Assembly (NCBI GenBank): GCA_044376115.1
Contig: JBILLK010000014.1
Coordinates: 128,001-192,000, forward strand
Length of the DNA stretch: 64,000 bases
Origin: Polyangiaceae bacterium
GTDB taxonomy: Bacteria > Myxococcota_A > Polyangia > Polyangiales > Polyangiaceae
Reading direction: 5' to 3'
Position numbers and translations under genes: made by a program. The notes below the pieces were generated by a model that was not told the DNA's origin, made no database searches, and saw only the letters and a program-made list of their open reading frames with translations. Position 1 is the first letter of the stretch, and each line of letters starts with the position of its first letter. This document shows positions 45,436 to 54,997 of this stretch, piece after piece.

Positions 45436-46248
45436 ATGCTCGATCCGCTGGCGGCGTTTATCGCCCTTTCGCTCTACCTGGCAGACAGCGCGCCCGCGCA
45501 ATCCCTCGATCCTGGTCCGGACCCAGCTTGCCCCAACGACATGCGCCTCGTCGTTGGGACGCACTACGACGAAGTGCAGCATCTGTGTGTCGATCCGCAA
45601 AAGGACACGAAGGACACCCACTGCTTCAAGTACTTCGACGGGCTAACGGCGATGGAGGGCGCCACCAGCGAGATCCGCGTTTGTATGGACCAATACGAAG
45701 CGCCCAACAAGCGAGGCGCCAAGCCCTTCGTGATGAAGTCGTACAAGACAGCCAAGTCGTACTGCGAGGCACGCCACAAGCGCATGTGCACCGAACAAGA
45801 GTGGGAGCTGGCCTGTGAAGGCCCTGAGTTCCGACCGCTCGCCTATGGCTGGGCCGTCGATAAGAAGCGATGTAACAGCGACAAGAAGTGGATGCCCGTC
45901 GACTGGGACAAGTTCAAGACCGACGACGAAGACACGCGCAAAGAGGCTGAGCGGCTTTGGCAAGGCACGCCCAGCGGGCGCTTTGAATCCTGCGTCTCGA
46001 CCTTTGGCATCTACGACATGATGGGCAACGTCGAGGAGTGGGTGACCACGCGGAAGTCACGTCGATTCCCCGGTGCCCTGATGGGTGGTTTTTGGGCGAA
46101 GCCCTGGACTGGATGTCGCGGAACGAACGACGCACATGAGCCTGGTTTCGTCTTCTACGAAACCGGATTTCGCTGCTGCGCTGTACCCGGAACGCTCGAT
46201 GCCGACGGCAAGAAGCTACCTCGCAACGAAGAGAAGCAAGCTCAATGA
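45436..46248 (+). CDS. Secreted FGE-sulfatase (SUMF1-like) domain protein
   Basis: Signal-like N-terminus; MDQYEAPN, YC..KRMCTEQEWELAC, FGIYDMMGNVEEWV, GFRCC. Start ATG 45436 or GTG 45430 overlapping the kinase stop. Confidence 0.88.
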   Translation: MLDPLAAFIALSLYLADSAPAQSLDPGPDPACPNDMRLVVGTHYDEVQHLCVDPQKDTKDTHCFKYFDGLTAMEGATSEIRVCMDQYEAPNKRGAKPFVMKSYKTAKSYCEARHKRMCTEQEWELACEGPEFRPLAYGWAVDKKRCNSDKKWMPVDWDKFKTDDEDTRKEAERLWQGTPSGRFESCVSTFGIYDMMGNVEEWVTTRKSRRFPGALMGGFWAKPWTGCRGTNDAHEPGFVFYETGFRCCAVPGTLDADGKKLPRNEEKQAQ

Positions 46249-47180
46249 AGGCGATCTTTTTTGGTACTCCGGCGATCGCAGTTCCAGCGCTCGATGCGCT
46301 ATGCGCGGTGGCCGAGGTGACGTTGGTGATCTGTCAACCCGATAGGCCCAAGGGTCGAGGCCTCGATCTGGCGGCTCCGCCAGTGAAAGAGCGTGCGCTT
46401 GAACTGGGCATCGCAGTGCACCAGCCAACGAAGGTTCGGACGGTCGAGTTCGCCGAGCTCATCCGCGACCAAGCCGCCGACGTTGCGGTGGTAATGGCCT
46501 ACGGACGCATCCTGACCAAAGCCGTGCTCGACGCGCCGCGACTTGGCTGCGTGAATCTGCACGCGTCGCTGCTTCCGCTGTATCGAGGCGCCGCTCCCAT
46601 CACCTGGGCGATCGTTGATGGCCAAACCGAGACAGGTGTCTCTCTCATGCAAATGGATGAGGGGATGGACACCGGCGCGGTACTTTCGATGAAGAAGATC
46701 CCGATCCCCGAGAGCGCGAACGCCGAGGAGCTGAGCGCGGCACTGGCGGCCTGCGCCGCGAACGTGGTCAGCGAGGATTTGCCCAAGTTTCTAAGGGGAG
46801 AGCTGCTCCCCACGCCGCAAGAGCACGAGCGCGCGACACACGCGCGACTGCTGACCAAGGAAGATGGCCGCATCAACTTCGATCAGCCTTGCAAGGCCGT
46901 TCACAATCACGTGCGAGGGATGAACCCTTGGCCGGGCGCCACCACGAGCCTCAACAACAAGACGCTCAAAGTGATTAGGACTTACGCAGTGCCGGACGCA
47001 GCTGCTGATGCGCCGCCTGGAACCGTGGTTGTGGCTGAGAAGGGCCGCATCGAGGTGACCTGCAGTGCAGGCCGAATCGAAATCGCGATCGCGCAGCTCG
47101 AAGGAAAGAAGGCCTTACCAGCTGCAGAGCTGTTGAGCGGACGCGCCATCACGCTCGGGCAGCGGCTCGGAGAGAGTTAG
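46245..47180 (+). CDS. fmt: Methionyl-tRNA formyltransferase
   Basis: FFGTP, QPDRPKGRG, NLHASLLPLYRGAAPI, MDEGMDTG, RGMNPWPGA; ATGA overlap. Confidence 0.96.
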   Translation: MKAIFFGTPAIAVPALDALCAVAEVTLVICQPDRPKGRGLDLAAPPVKERALELGIAVHQPTKVRTVEFAELIRDQAADVAVVMAYGRILTKAVLDAPRLGCVNLHASLLPLYRGAAPITWAIVDGQTETGVSLMQMDEGMDTGAVLSMKKIPIPESANAEELSAALAACAANVVSEDLPKFLRGELLPTPQEHERATHARLLTKEDGRINFDQPCKAVHNHVRGMNPWPGATTSLNNKTLKVIRTYAVPDAAADAPPGTVVVAEKGRIEVTCSAGRIEIAIAQLEGKKALPAAELLSGRAITLGQRLGES

Positions 47181-48541
47181 AAGCGCCCACCCACGAACAG
47201 TCCCACTTCATCCGGGGCGACAACTGGAGCGAACGTCAGTTCGACGCTCGGAGTGCTCACAGGAGCTTTCCGTTTGCCCTCGTCGATCGGGACCGGCAGC
47301 GGGCCTTGACGGTCGAGGAAGAACATCGCGCCGCCCGCCAGGAAGGCTACCGAACCAACTCCACCTACCAGCACCCCAGCCGCGCGGAGTAGGTCGCGCC
47401 TGGCGACGTGTTCGTTGTAGGCCTCGTTCTGGTCTGACGTAATTCCAGTCGATAGACGCTCTTCTTCGATCGCCTGGGCGTCGGTTTGGGCGAGGAAGGC
47501 GAGCGCCAAGATCGAACCGCCACCAATCATCGTTGCCCCGCCGGCAATCATCAGCCCGAGAGAAGCGTCGCGTTGAACCGTGGTGGTGAGGTCAATCGCA
47601 ATTTCGCGCGATTCGCCGCCTTGCGCCTCGATCAGCTTTCCAAAGCTCTGGTAGCCCGACTTCGAGATCGAGAGGAAGTGGCGCCCCGGCGATACGCTCA
47701 ACTTGGAGGACTCGCCCTGATCGCGACCGTCAATGTGCACGGTCGCACCGCTTGGAATCGTCAGCACGAGAGACACGGGCGCTTCTTCGAGTGCGTACGT
47801 CTCAGCTTCCGTTTGACCGGGCAGCGCCTGCATCACGAACTCTTGTTCGATAAACCCTGGTGCAGACACCTTGATGGTGTGGCGGCCAGGAGCAACCTCG
47901 GCATCCACCTGGGGCGGCGCGCCTTCCCCCCCGTCGATCGAAATGAGAGCACCGGGCGTCGGCGAATCGATCGACAGGATGGTCTTGCGTTCAACCGCCG
48001 CTTGGGTGGAACCGGTGCCCGACGGGCCGGGATCTCGTTGACCGAGGTCCTCAAGGGCACGAATCGCGTCTGCTCTCCGGCCCCCCGTCGGAACAGCCGC
48101 CAAATAGGCCCTTAGGTTCTCAATCGAGGCAGCGCGATGGCGTTGGTCTTGCGACTCGGCAAAGCGCTTCTTGTAGGCCTGCCCGAGCGAGAACAACACG
48201 CTCGGACGGCCACTGAGCGTGTACGAGCGCTCAAATGCCTGAATGGCCGCTGCGTAGTCGCCCTTCTCGTAGGACTTCCCTCCGGCGGCAAAGAGCGTCT
48301 TGGCCTTCGCGATGTCAGCGGGCGGTGGGTCCTTGGGGGCCACGGGAACGGCTGACGTGGTTGCAGCTGCTACGGGCGGCTCAGCGGGTGGTGCTGGCTT
48401 CTCCGGAGGAGGAGACCAGGGTTTGGCCGGCGCGCCAGGCGTTCGTGGGGTACCTGCAGGCTGTGCATCCACGACTGGTGCAGCCATCAAGGTCGCTACG
48501 ACTGTGGCGAGAACGCCAGCTCGAACTCGAAACCCGCTCAT
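47177..48541 (-). CDS. TPR + PEGA domain secreted protein
   Basis: Signal peptide; TPR-like AKTLFAAG..Y.KGDYAAAIQAFERSY; two PEGA repeats (GALISIDG..PGRHTIKVSAPGF; GATVHIDG..PGRHFLSISKSGY); terminal GGRF. Confidence 0.85.
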   Translation of the reverse strand: MSGFRVRAGVLATVVATLMAAPVVDAQPAGTPRTPGAPAKPWSPPPEKPAPPAEPPVAAATTSAVPVAPKDPPPADIAKAKTLFAAGGKSYEKGDYAAAIQAFERSYTLSGRPSVLFSLGQAYKKRFAESQDQRHRAASIENLRAYLAAVPTGGRRADAIRALEDLGQRDPGPSGTGSTQAAVERKTILSIDSPTPGALISIDGGEGAPPQVDAEVAPGRHTIKVSAPGFIEQEFVMQALPGQTEAETYALEEAPVSLVLTIPSGATVHIDGRDQGESSKLSVSPGRHFLSISKSGYQSFGKLIEAQGGESREIAIDLTTTVQRDASLGLMIAGGATMIGGGSILALAFLAQTDAQAIEEERLSTGITSDQNEAYNEHVARRDLLRAAGVLVGGVGSVAFLAGGAMFFLDRQGPLPVPIDEGKRKAPVSTPSVELTFAPVVAPDEVGLFVGGRF

Positions 48542-48617
48542 TCCGCACGGAACGTACAAGAAGGCGGGCGCCAGCACGATTGAGAAAATCGTCGACGGCT
48601 ATTGCTACCATCACCTC

Positions 48618-49190
48618 ATGGCCGAGGATGAGCTTGCGATCAGGGACCGCTTCATCGCTGAAATCCAAGCTGAATTCCCCAACTTCAGGATCATCAAGAA
48701 GGACCATAGTTCTTTCGCCAAGGCGATCGATGTGGCGCTGAAGCTTTTGACACTTGGCGGGCAGCGCGAGTTCATGAGCCGCTATTTCACCGTGATCGGT
48801 GACACGCTCTATGTGCCAACAGGCTTTGATGAACTCGACCCGATCAACGTGGTGATCACGCTGCGCCATGAGCGCGTCCACCTTCGCCAACGACGTCGCC
48901 TCACGTTGCCAGGGATGACGTTGCTCTACCTCTTGCTGCCGTTTCCGTTGGGAATGGCGTACTTCCGCGCTCGCCTCGAGTGGGAGGCGTACACCGAGAC
49001 GCTGCGAGCAACTCTCGAGCTGCGCGGGCGCGAGGCGCTGATGATGCCTGCGCTTCGCGAACGCATCGTGTCGCAGTTCACGGGAGCCGCGTACGGCTGG
49101 ATGTGGCCCTTCCCGAAGAGCGTCAACCGCTGGTACGACGCAGCTCTCCGGGAAGTGCTGAGCGGCAGTGATGCGCCGCTAGCTCCGTGA
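48618..49190 (+). CDS. Putative HExxH zinc metallopeptidase-like protein
   Basis: FTVIGDTLYVP, LRHERVHLRQ, hydrophobic segment, RLEWEAY. Start ATG 48618. Confidence 0.7.
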   Translation: MAEDELAIRDRFIAEIQAEFPNFRIIKKDHSSFAKAIDVALKLLTLGGQREFMSRYFTVIGDTLYVPTGFDELDPINVVITLRHERVHLRQRRRLTLPGMTLLYLLLPFPLGMAYFRARLEWEAYTETLRATLELRGREALMMPALRERIVSQFTGAAYGWMWPFPKSVNRWYDAALREVLSGSDAPLAP

Positions 49191-49200
49191 TTGAGTCGTC

Positions 49201-50175
49201 TCAGCTGCCAGACGGGTGCCAGATCGTTTTGTGCTCGAGGAACTTCTCGATCCACATCGGAGAGGTGCAGGCCTCGTGGTCGTACCAGGCCTTCTCACTG
49301 AGACTACGGACGCGCACGCGCTTGACGCTGTCTGCGGCGAAGTCACTGACCTCACGCACCAACCCGGCCTCGACGTCATGCAGGTCAAGCGCGCCGACCT
49401 CCATATGCCGAGCCATCGGAACGAGCATCTCTTTGACCTTGCCGGTCAGAATGTTCACGACCCCTCCGGGCAGATCACTCGTCGCCAAAAGCTCCCCAAA
49501 GATGAGAGCCGTACGCGGGTCTCGCTCGCTGGCGAGCACCACCACCGTGTTACCGCCCGCGATGATCGGCACGATGGTACCGACGAGTCCGAGCAGACTG
49601 GGCCGTGCGGGAGCCGCCGCGGCGACCACCCCCACCGGCTCGGGCAGGGTGAAGTCGAAGTGAGGGCCACCCACTGGGTTGAGGCTGGCGAACAGACTTT
49701 GGAACTTGTCGGTCCAGCCCGCGAAGGAGATCACGCGATGGATGGACTCAGCCACCTCTTCATCGGCGAGGGCCTCTGGAACGCCCGAACGAACCAGCGA
49801 CTTCGCGAGCTCACTGCTTCGCCCTTCGAGCATCTCGGCGAGACGGTAGAGGATCTGACCGCGGTTGAAGGCAGCTCGCTTCGACCAGCCGGAGAAGGCT
49901 GCGTGCGCGGCGAGAACGGCGTCTCGAGCGTCTTTGCGTGAGCCTCGCGGGACGTTCTCGCGCGTACCTTTTTCTCGAGGATCCATCGACTCAACCACCT
50001 GTGTGTAGCGCCCTGATTCGGAGCGGATGAAGGCTCCGCCGACGTACATTTTGTAGGCTTTGCGAACGGCCAACGATGCCCGGGGCCACTCCGCCGGACC
50101 ATCGGTCACGACCTTCTCGACTGCTGACGTGCGCACGGCAGCGCTAGCTGCCTTGGTTCGAACCCGAGCCATCAC
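49201..50175 (-). CDS. Short aldehyde dehydrogenase-family protein (NAD-binding part only, no catalytic domain)
   Basis: KAYKMYVGGAFIRSESGR, RKDARDAV, NRGQILYRLAEMLE, DLPGGVVNILTG, KTIWHP; lacks ELGGK and the catalytic Cys region. Confidence 0.85.
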   Translation of the reverse strand: MMARVRTKAASAAVRTSAVEKVVTDGPAEWPRASLAVRKAYKMYVGGAFIRSESGRYTQVVESMDPREKGTRENVPRGSRKDARDAVLAAHAAFSGWSKRAAFNRGQILYRLAEMLEGRSSELAKSLVRSGVPEALADEEVAESIHRVISFAGWTDKFQSLFASLNPVGGPHFDFTLPEPVGVVAAAAPARPSLLGLVGTIVPIIAGGNTVVVLASERDPRTALIFGELLATSDLPGGVVNILTGKVKEMLVPMARHMEVGALDLHDVEAGLVREVSDFAADSVKRVRVRSLSEKAWYDHEACTSPMWIEKFLEHKTIWHPSGS

Positions 50176-51740
50176 TCGACCTCCAGATACGCGAGAAGCC
50201 CCTGTCGCCCGCCCTCACGGCCAAAGCCGCTTTCCTTGTAGCCACCGAAGGGGGAGCTGGGATCGAACTTGTTGAAGGTGTTGGCCCAGACCACGCCAGC
50301 GCGCAGCTTCTGAGCGATCTCGAAGCTCTTGGAGCCCTTGTCCGTCCACACGCCCGCCGAGAGCCCGTAAGCCGTGTTGTTCGCCTTCTCCACCGCCTCA
50401 TCAGGAGTGCGGAAGGAGAGCACGCTAAGCACCGGCCCAAAGATCTCCTCACGCGCGATGCGATGGGATTGAGAGACGTTGGAGAACACCGTCGGCGCGA
50501 ACCAGAAGCCGCGCTTGGGCAACTCGCACGGAGTGCTGAAGCGAACGGCGCCCTCCTCTTCCCCGCTTGCAACGAGCTCACGAATCTTATCGAGCTGCAT
50601 ACGGCTATTGATGGCGCCGACGTCGGTGTTCTTGTCGAGCGGATCACCCACGCGCAGCGTCTTCATACGGTCGTGGAGCTTGCGCAGCACGAGGTCGTGA
50701 ACGCCCTCCTGCACCAGGAGCCGCGACCCAGCGCAGCACACGTGGCCTTGGTTGAAGAAGATCGCTCCGACGATGCCTTCGATCGCTTGGTCGAGCGGAG
50801 CGTCGTCAAACACGATGTTGGCGGCCTTGCCACCGAGCTCGAGCGTGAGCCGCTTCTTGGTGCCTGCGAGAGCTTTTTGGATTCGCTTGCCGATCGCAGT
50901 CGAGCCGGTGAAGGCAACCTTGTTGACGTCCGGATGAGAGACCACTGCGGCCCCCGTTTTCCCAGCGCCAGTCACAATGTTCACGACGCCTGGCGGCAAA
51001 TCCGCCTCCTCTATGATCTTCGCTAACAAGAGCGCCGTGAGCGGAGTCGTTTCAGCGGGCTTGAGAACGCAGGTATTGCCGCAAGCAAGGGCCGGAGCGA
51101 GCTTCCAAGCCGCCATCAGCAGCGGGAAATTCCAGGGGATGACTTGCCCGGCAACGCCCAGAGGCCGCGGAGTTGCGCCTGGGAACGCGTACTTCAGTTT
51201 GTCTGCCCAGCCTGCGTAGTAGAAGAAGTGGTTGGCGGCCGTGGGCACGTCGAAGTCACGCGCCTCTTTGATCGGCTTGCCACCATCCATCGATTCGACG
51301 ATGGCAAATTCACGAGCTTTCTCCTGCAGCGCGCGCGCGATGCGGAAGATGTACTTGGCGCGATCGATCGGTCGCATCGGGCGCCAATACTTCTCGTAAG
51401 CGTGACGTGCAGCAGCCACCGCCTTGTCCACGTCGCGTTCGTCCGCCTCCGCGACTTCAGCGAGCTTCTCCTCGGTGGACGGACTGACGGTGTCGAAATA
51501 ACGACCCGAGAGCGGCTTCTGCCAACGTCCGTTAATGAAAAGCTCGTAGCGCTTTTCGATCACGACGTGGTCGGCTGACTCGGGCGCCGGCGCGTACGAC
51601 CACTTTGACCCGAATTGCAGCCCGAAGGATTGCCCATCCGAGCCGGGTGAGGTCGAGGCTACATGCGGTTCAACCGCGCGCACGATCGCCCTCTCGGACT
51701 TCTTGTTCACCTTTGCGGTGCTGCCATTTTTGGCTGCCAT
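50172..51740 (-). CDS. Aldehyde dehydrogenase
   Basis: IPWNFPLLM, LKPAETTPLT, FTGST, LELGGK, FFNQGHVCCAG, EEIFGPV, PFGGYKESGFGREGG. Confidence 0.96.
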   Translation of the reverse strand: MAAKNGSTAKVNKKSERAIVRAVEPHVASTSPGSDGQSFGLQFGSKWSYAPAPESADHVVIEKRYELFINGRWQKPLSGRYFDTVSPSTEEKLAEVAEADERDVDKAVAAARHAYEKYWRPMRPIDRAKYIFRIARALQEKAREFAIVESMDGGKPIKEARDFDVPTAANHFFYYAGWADKLKYAFPGATPRPLGVAGQVIPWNFPLLMAAWKLAPALACGNTCVLKPAETTPLTALLLAKIIEEADLPPGVVNIVTGAGKTGAAVVSHPDVNKVAFTGSTAIGKRIQKALAGTKKRLTLELGGKAANIVFDDAPLDQAIEGIVGAIFFNQGHVCCAGSRLLVQEGVHDLVLRKLHDRMKTLRVGDPLDKNTDVGAINSRMQLDKIRELVASGEEEGAVRFSTPCELPKRGFWFAPTVFSNVSQSHRIAREEIFGPVLSVLSFRTPDEAVEKANNTAYGLSAGVWTDKGSKSFEIAQKLRAGVVWANTFNKFDPSSPFGGYKESGFGREGGRQGLLAYLEVE

Positions 51741-51809
51741 AGGGCACGCACTGTATCCAGGCGGGCGCCAGAAAACACCCTCGAATTTGAGCTTCGCGAG
51801 CCGGGCGGC

Positions 51810-52622
51810 TCAGCTGCCCGTGAAGCGCGGCTCTCGCTTTTCAATGAAGGCGCTCATCGCTTCCTTCAGGTCGTTACTCGCGAGATGCGCGGCATTCCAA
51901 AGCGCAACGTACTCAAGCCCGGCGCGCTCACCCTGTTCCTCGGTTACCCGCAGGACGGCCTTGGTGCCCTGCACCACGAGGGGCGCATTGCCAGCAGCTT
52001 CACGTGCGACCTCACGAGCGGCTTGCAGCACGTCGACCTCGCTCTCGAACAGATCGTTGACCAAGCCGATGCGCAGCGCCCGTTCAGAGCTGATGTCCTT
52101 CCCGGTGAGGGCCATCTCCCGCAAGTGACCGCGCGGAACGACCGCTTGAAGACGTTGTAGGGAGCCCATATCAGCGACGATGGCGATCTTGGTCTCACGG
52201 ATGCCAAAGCGCGCCGACTTTGCGGCCAACCGCACGTCACACGCTGCCACGAGATCCAAGCCACCACCGATGCACAGGCCGTGAATGGCGGCGATGAAGG
52301 GCTTGTTGCTGGCGGCGATCGCGTCGAAACCTGCGCGCAAGCGGCCGACCAAACGCAGTAGTTCGAGCCGCTCTTTGGCCAGCCCACCATCCAACAAGGC
52401 GCTTCCGAGCGCGGGTGCCATTTGCACTAGATCGAGCCCCGTCGAAAACTGAGGGCCGTCGGCCGCCACCACCACCGCGCGCACCGCCTCGTCGGCATCG
52501 AGCTGTGCCACCACCTTCGGTAGTTCCTCGAAGAACGCTGGCCCCATCGCGTTCCGTCTCGAAGGATTGGCCAGAAACAGCGTAGCCACGTGCCCATCTT
52601 GCTCGACCCGAAAGACGCTCAT
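51810..52622 (-). CDS. Crotonase / enoyl-CoA hydratase-isomerase family protein
   Basis: RRNAMG, FSTGLDL, KPFIAAIHGLCIGGG, RETKIAIVADMGSLQRL, AFIEKREPRF. Start ATG 52622; the longer ORF is an antisense extension. Confidence 0.92.
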   Translation of the reverse strand: MSVFRVEQDGHVATLFLANPSRRNAMGPAFFEELPKVVAQLDADEAVRAVVVAADGPQFSTGLDLVQMAPALGSALLDGGLAKERLELLRLVGRLRAGFDAIAASNKPFIAAIHGLCIGGGLDLVAACDVRLAAKSARFGIRETKIAIVADMGSLQRLQAVVPRGHLREMALTGKDISSERALRIGLVNDLFESEVDVLQAAREVAREAAGNAPLVVQGTKAVLRVTEEQGERAGLEYVALWNAAHLASNDLKEAMSAFIEKREPRFTGS

Positions 52623-52679
52623 GGCAAAAGCACAGCACGAAGGTCGTTCGGAATCCAGGTCTGCTGCCATAATGCCGCC

Positions 52680-53504
52680 GTGAGGTCGCCCACACTCTCC
52701 GCGCTCGCCGGCTCGTTCGAGGCCGTCCGAACACTGCGGCTCGGTGAGACGGACATTCTCCCGCTGCCTTCGGCTACTTTTGAGTACGAGCCGCGCAGGC
52801 GGGGCGCACGGCCTCCGCTCATGGACGTCTACCAACCGCACCACCCCAACCAACGTTGGATGTTGGTGATTCACGGTGGCGGCTTCACCACCGGCTCGCG
52901 CAACATGAAGCCGTCGCGAACCATCGCGGCGTACTTTCTCGCGCGCGGCTGGCAGGTGTACTCGGCGGACTACCCGCTCGCTCGCGCTGGCGGCATCAAG
53001 CTTCCCGAGCAGCGCGAATCGGTCGAAAACGCCGTCCGCGCCGCGGCGCGCCACGCCCAACGGCAGACCGGAGTCGCAAGCAAAGGCGTGCTTCTCGGTT
53101 GCTCCGCAGGCGCGACGCTCGCGTTGCTCGCCAGCGAGCAGGAGCTCGACCACGTCGAGACAGTGGTCTCCTGCTTTGGCCTCTACGACTTCACTGCGTT
53201 GGATGCTCCGCTGCTCAAGCTCTTTCGCGGCTTGGTGCTCGGCTCGGCGTCGCACGAAGCAGCGCTTGTGGCCTCGCCTTCCCACCGCGCAAAGCCGCTC
53301 CCGCGAACGGTCTTGCTCCACGGAACGGCCGATCGACTGGTCCCCCACGAGCAGGCCGAGCAGATGGAGCGGGCCCTCGTTCGCGCGGGGGCGAAAGCCG
53401 AGCGCTTCGAGTACGTCGGTGCGCCGCACGCTTTCTTCAACGATCGAAGGTCGCCGACCTGCCTGCGAGCCCTCGCCGACATCGATCGCGCACTCAGCGT
53501 GTAA
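52680..53504 (+). CDS. Alpha/beta hydrolase (HSL-like esterase)
   Basis: IHGGGF, ADYPLA, GCSAG nucleophile elbow, HGTADRLVP, GAPHAFF. Start GTG 52680 inferred. Confidence 0.88.
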   Translation: MRSPTLSALAGSFEAVRTLRLGETDILPLPSATFEYEPRRRGARPPLMDVYQPHHPNQRWMLVIHGGGFTTGSRNMKPSRTIAAYFLARGWQVYSADYPLARAGGIKLPEQRESVENAVRAAARHAQRQTGVASKGVLLGCSAGATLALLASEQELDHVETVVSCFGLYDFTALDAPLLKLFRGLVLGSASHEAALVASPSHRAKPLPRTVLLHGTADRLVPHEQAEQMERALVRAGAKAERFEYVGAPHAFFNDRRSPTCLRALADIDRALSV

Positions 53505-53533
53505 GGAACGGCGTAGGAGTACGTTTAGCGTTT

Positions 53534-54157
53534 ATGGGACCGCTTCTTCGCTCGACAATCGCCTTCCTAGCTCTCACCTTCGGCTCGGGCTGCGCCTCCT
53601 ACCTTCCGTTCTCCCAAGAGTTGCGGGATGAGCACCGGCTCGAGACGAAGGACCTGAAGAACCTCCAGTTTTACACCTCACACACGATCACCCTGCGACG
53701 TGAGGCAGAGCGTGGAGGTCGCGAGATCACGCCCGGTCACAAGTTGCTGTTGATCGCTGGCAAACAGATCGAGGAGGTCGTGATCGAGAAGCATACGCCG
53801 GGGATCGTGGTTGGAGCCTCCGGGTCGAGCTTGGAGGTGAGCTTCGCGGAAGGATCTTCGATGACCTTCTCGCTGCGTGGCCCTGAGCCTCTTTCCGAGC
53901 CGGTGGTTCTGGATCGCCGTTTCGCCGAACCGCCGGATCCCTTCCCTGGCAACCGAGTCAATCGGCCCGAGCCGGAACCCGCGCTCTCCACCGGCTTCGG
54001 CAACTACTACCTCACGCCGCGCGGCCGCACGGTCGAGTTCCAGGGAAAGACCTGGGACGCGGTGGGCGAATCGGACCTGTCGCACTTGGTGATAAGCACC
54101 GAATCGTTGGAAGAGGTGCAAGAAAGTGAGACCGTGCTCAAGGGACGTACGCTCTAG
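53534..54157 (+). CDS. Hypothetical lipoprotein
   Basis: IAFLALTFGSG-C lipobox; LKNLQFYTS..ITLRRE; protein-like composition. Confidence 0.75.
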   Translation: MGPLLRSTIAFLALTFGSGCASYLPFSQELRDEHRLETKDLKNLQFYTSHTITLRREAERGGREITPGHKLLLIAGKQIEEVVIEKHTPGIVVGASGSSLEVSFAEGSSMTFSLRGPEPLSEPVVLDRRFAEPPDPFPGNRVNRPEPEPALSTGFGNYYLTPRGRTVEFQGKTWDAVGESDLSHLVISTESLEEVQESETVLKGRTL

Positions 54158-54192
54158 CCCAACCGCTCACGCAAAAGTGGTAGCACCGCGCT

Positions 54193-54957
54193 ATGCATGT
54201 GGTGATTACCGGAGCTTCCGTAGGGATCGGCGAAGCGCTAGCGCGAGAGTTTCACAAGCGCGGAGCAACGCTCTCGCTGATCGCGCGGCGCAAACAAAAG
54301 CTCGAGCAGCTAGCGCAAGAGCTCGGCTCCCGCAGCCACGTCTATGCAGCAGACTTGGTGGACCCCAAGGCGGCTGCTGCGACCGTGGCGGAGTGCGCCA
54401 GTGACCAGGGCCCGATCGACGTGCTCGTGAACAACGCGGGCGTGCAGATCATCGCGGCCGCCCAAGACACAGACCCGGATCAAGGCGAGCGGCTGCTTGC
54501 GCTCAACGTCGCCACGCCGTTGCGGCTCATCCACGACGTGCTGCCATCGATGTTGGAGCGCAAACAGGGAACGATCGTGAACATGGCCTCGATGGCCGGT
54601 CTCTCGCCCGTCCCCAACATGCTCTATTACAACGCCTCCAAGGGTGGGCTTGCGAACGCCTCGGAGGCCTTGCGCGGCGAGCTTGACGGTACCGGGGTAA
54701 ACGTTCTCACGGTGTATCCAGGCCCGGTGCACACCGCGATGGGTGACAGCGGCATCGAAAAGTACGAAGCCACTTCGGTCGCCGCCATGGCCCCATGGGG
54801 AACCGCGGAGGAGCTGGCTGAATTGGTGGCGAGGGCGGTGGAACTGCGTGAGGCCAGGATCATTTATCCGCGCGCCTATGCCATCTCCCGTTGGTTCCCC
54901 AACCTTTCGCGCTGGTTTTCGTTGCGATTCGCGCCACCCCTCAAGTCACCGAGCTGA
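54193..54957 (+). CDS. Short-chain dehydrogenase/reductase
   Basis: ITGASVGIG, DVLVNNAG, YNASK catalytic YxxxK. Confidence 0.95.
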   Translation: MHVVITGASVGIGEALAREFHKRGATLSLIARRKQKLEQLAQELGSRSHVYAADLVDPKAAAATVAECASDQGPIDVLVNNAGVQIIAAAQDTDPDQGERLLALNVATPLRLIHDVLPSMLERKQGTIVNMASMAGLSPVPNMLYYNASKGGLANASEALRGELDGTGVNVLTVYPGPVHTAMGDSGIEKYEATSVAAMAPWGTAEELAELVARAVELREARIIYPRAYAISRWFPNLSRWFSLRFAPPLKSPS

Positions 54958-54997
54958 GCTGAGCGCGAAGGCACGGTTTGTTGCGAAGCGTTGCACT

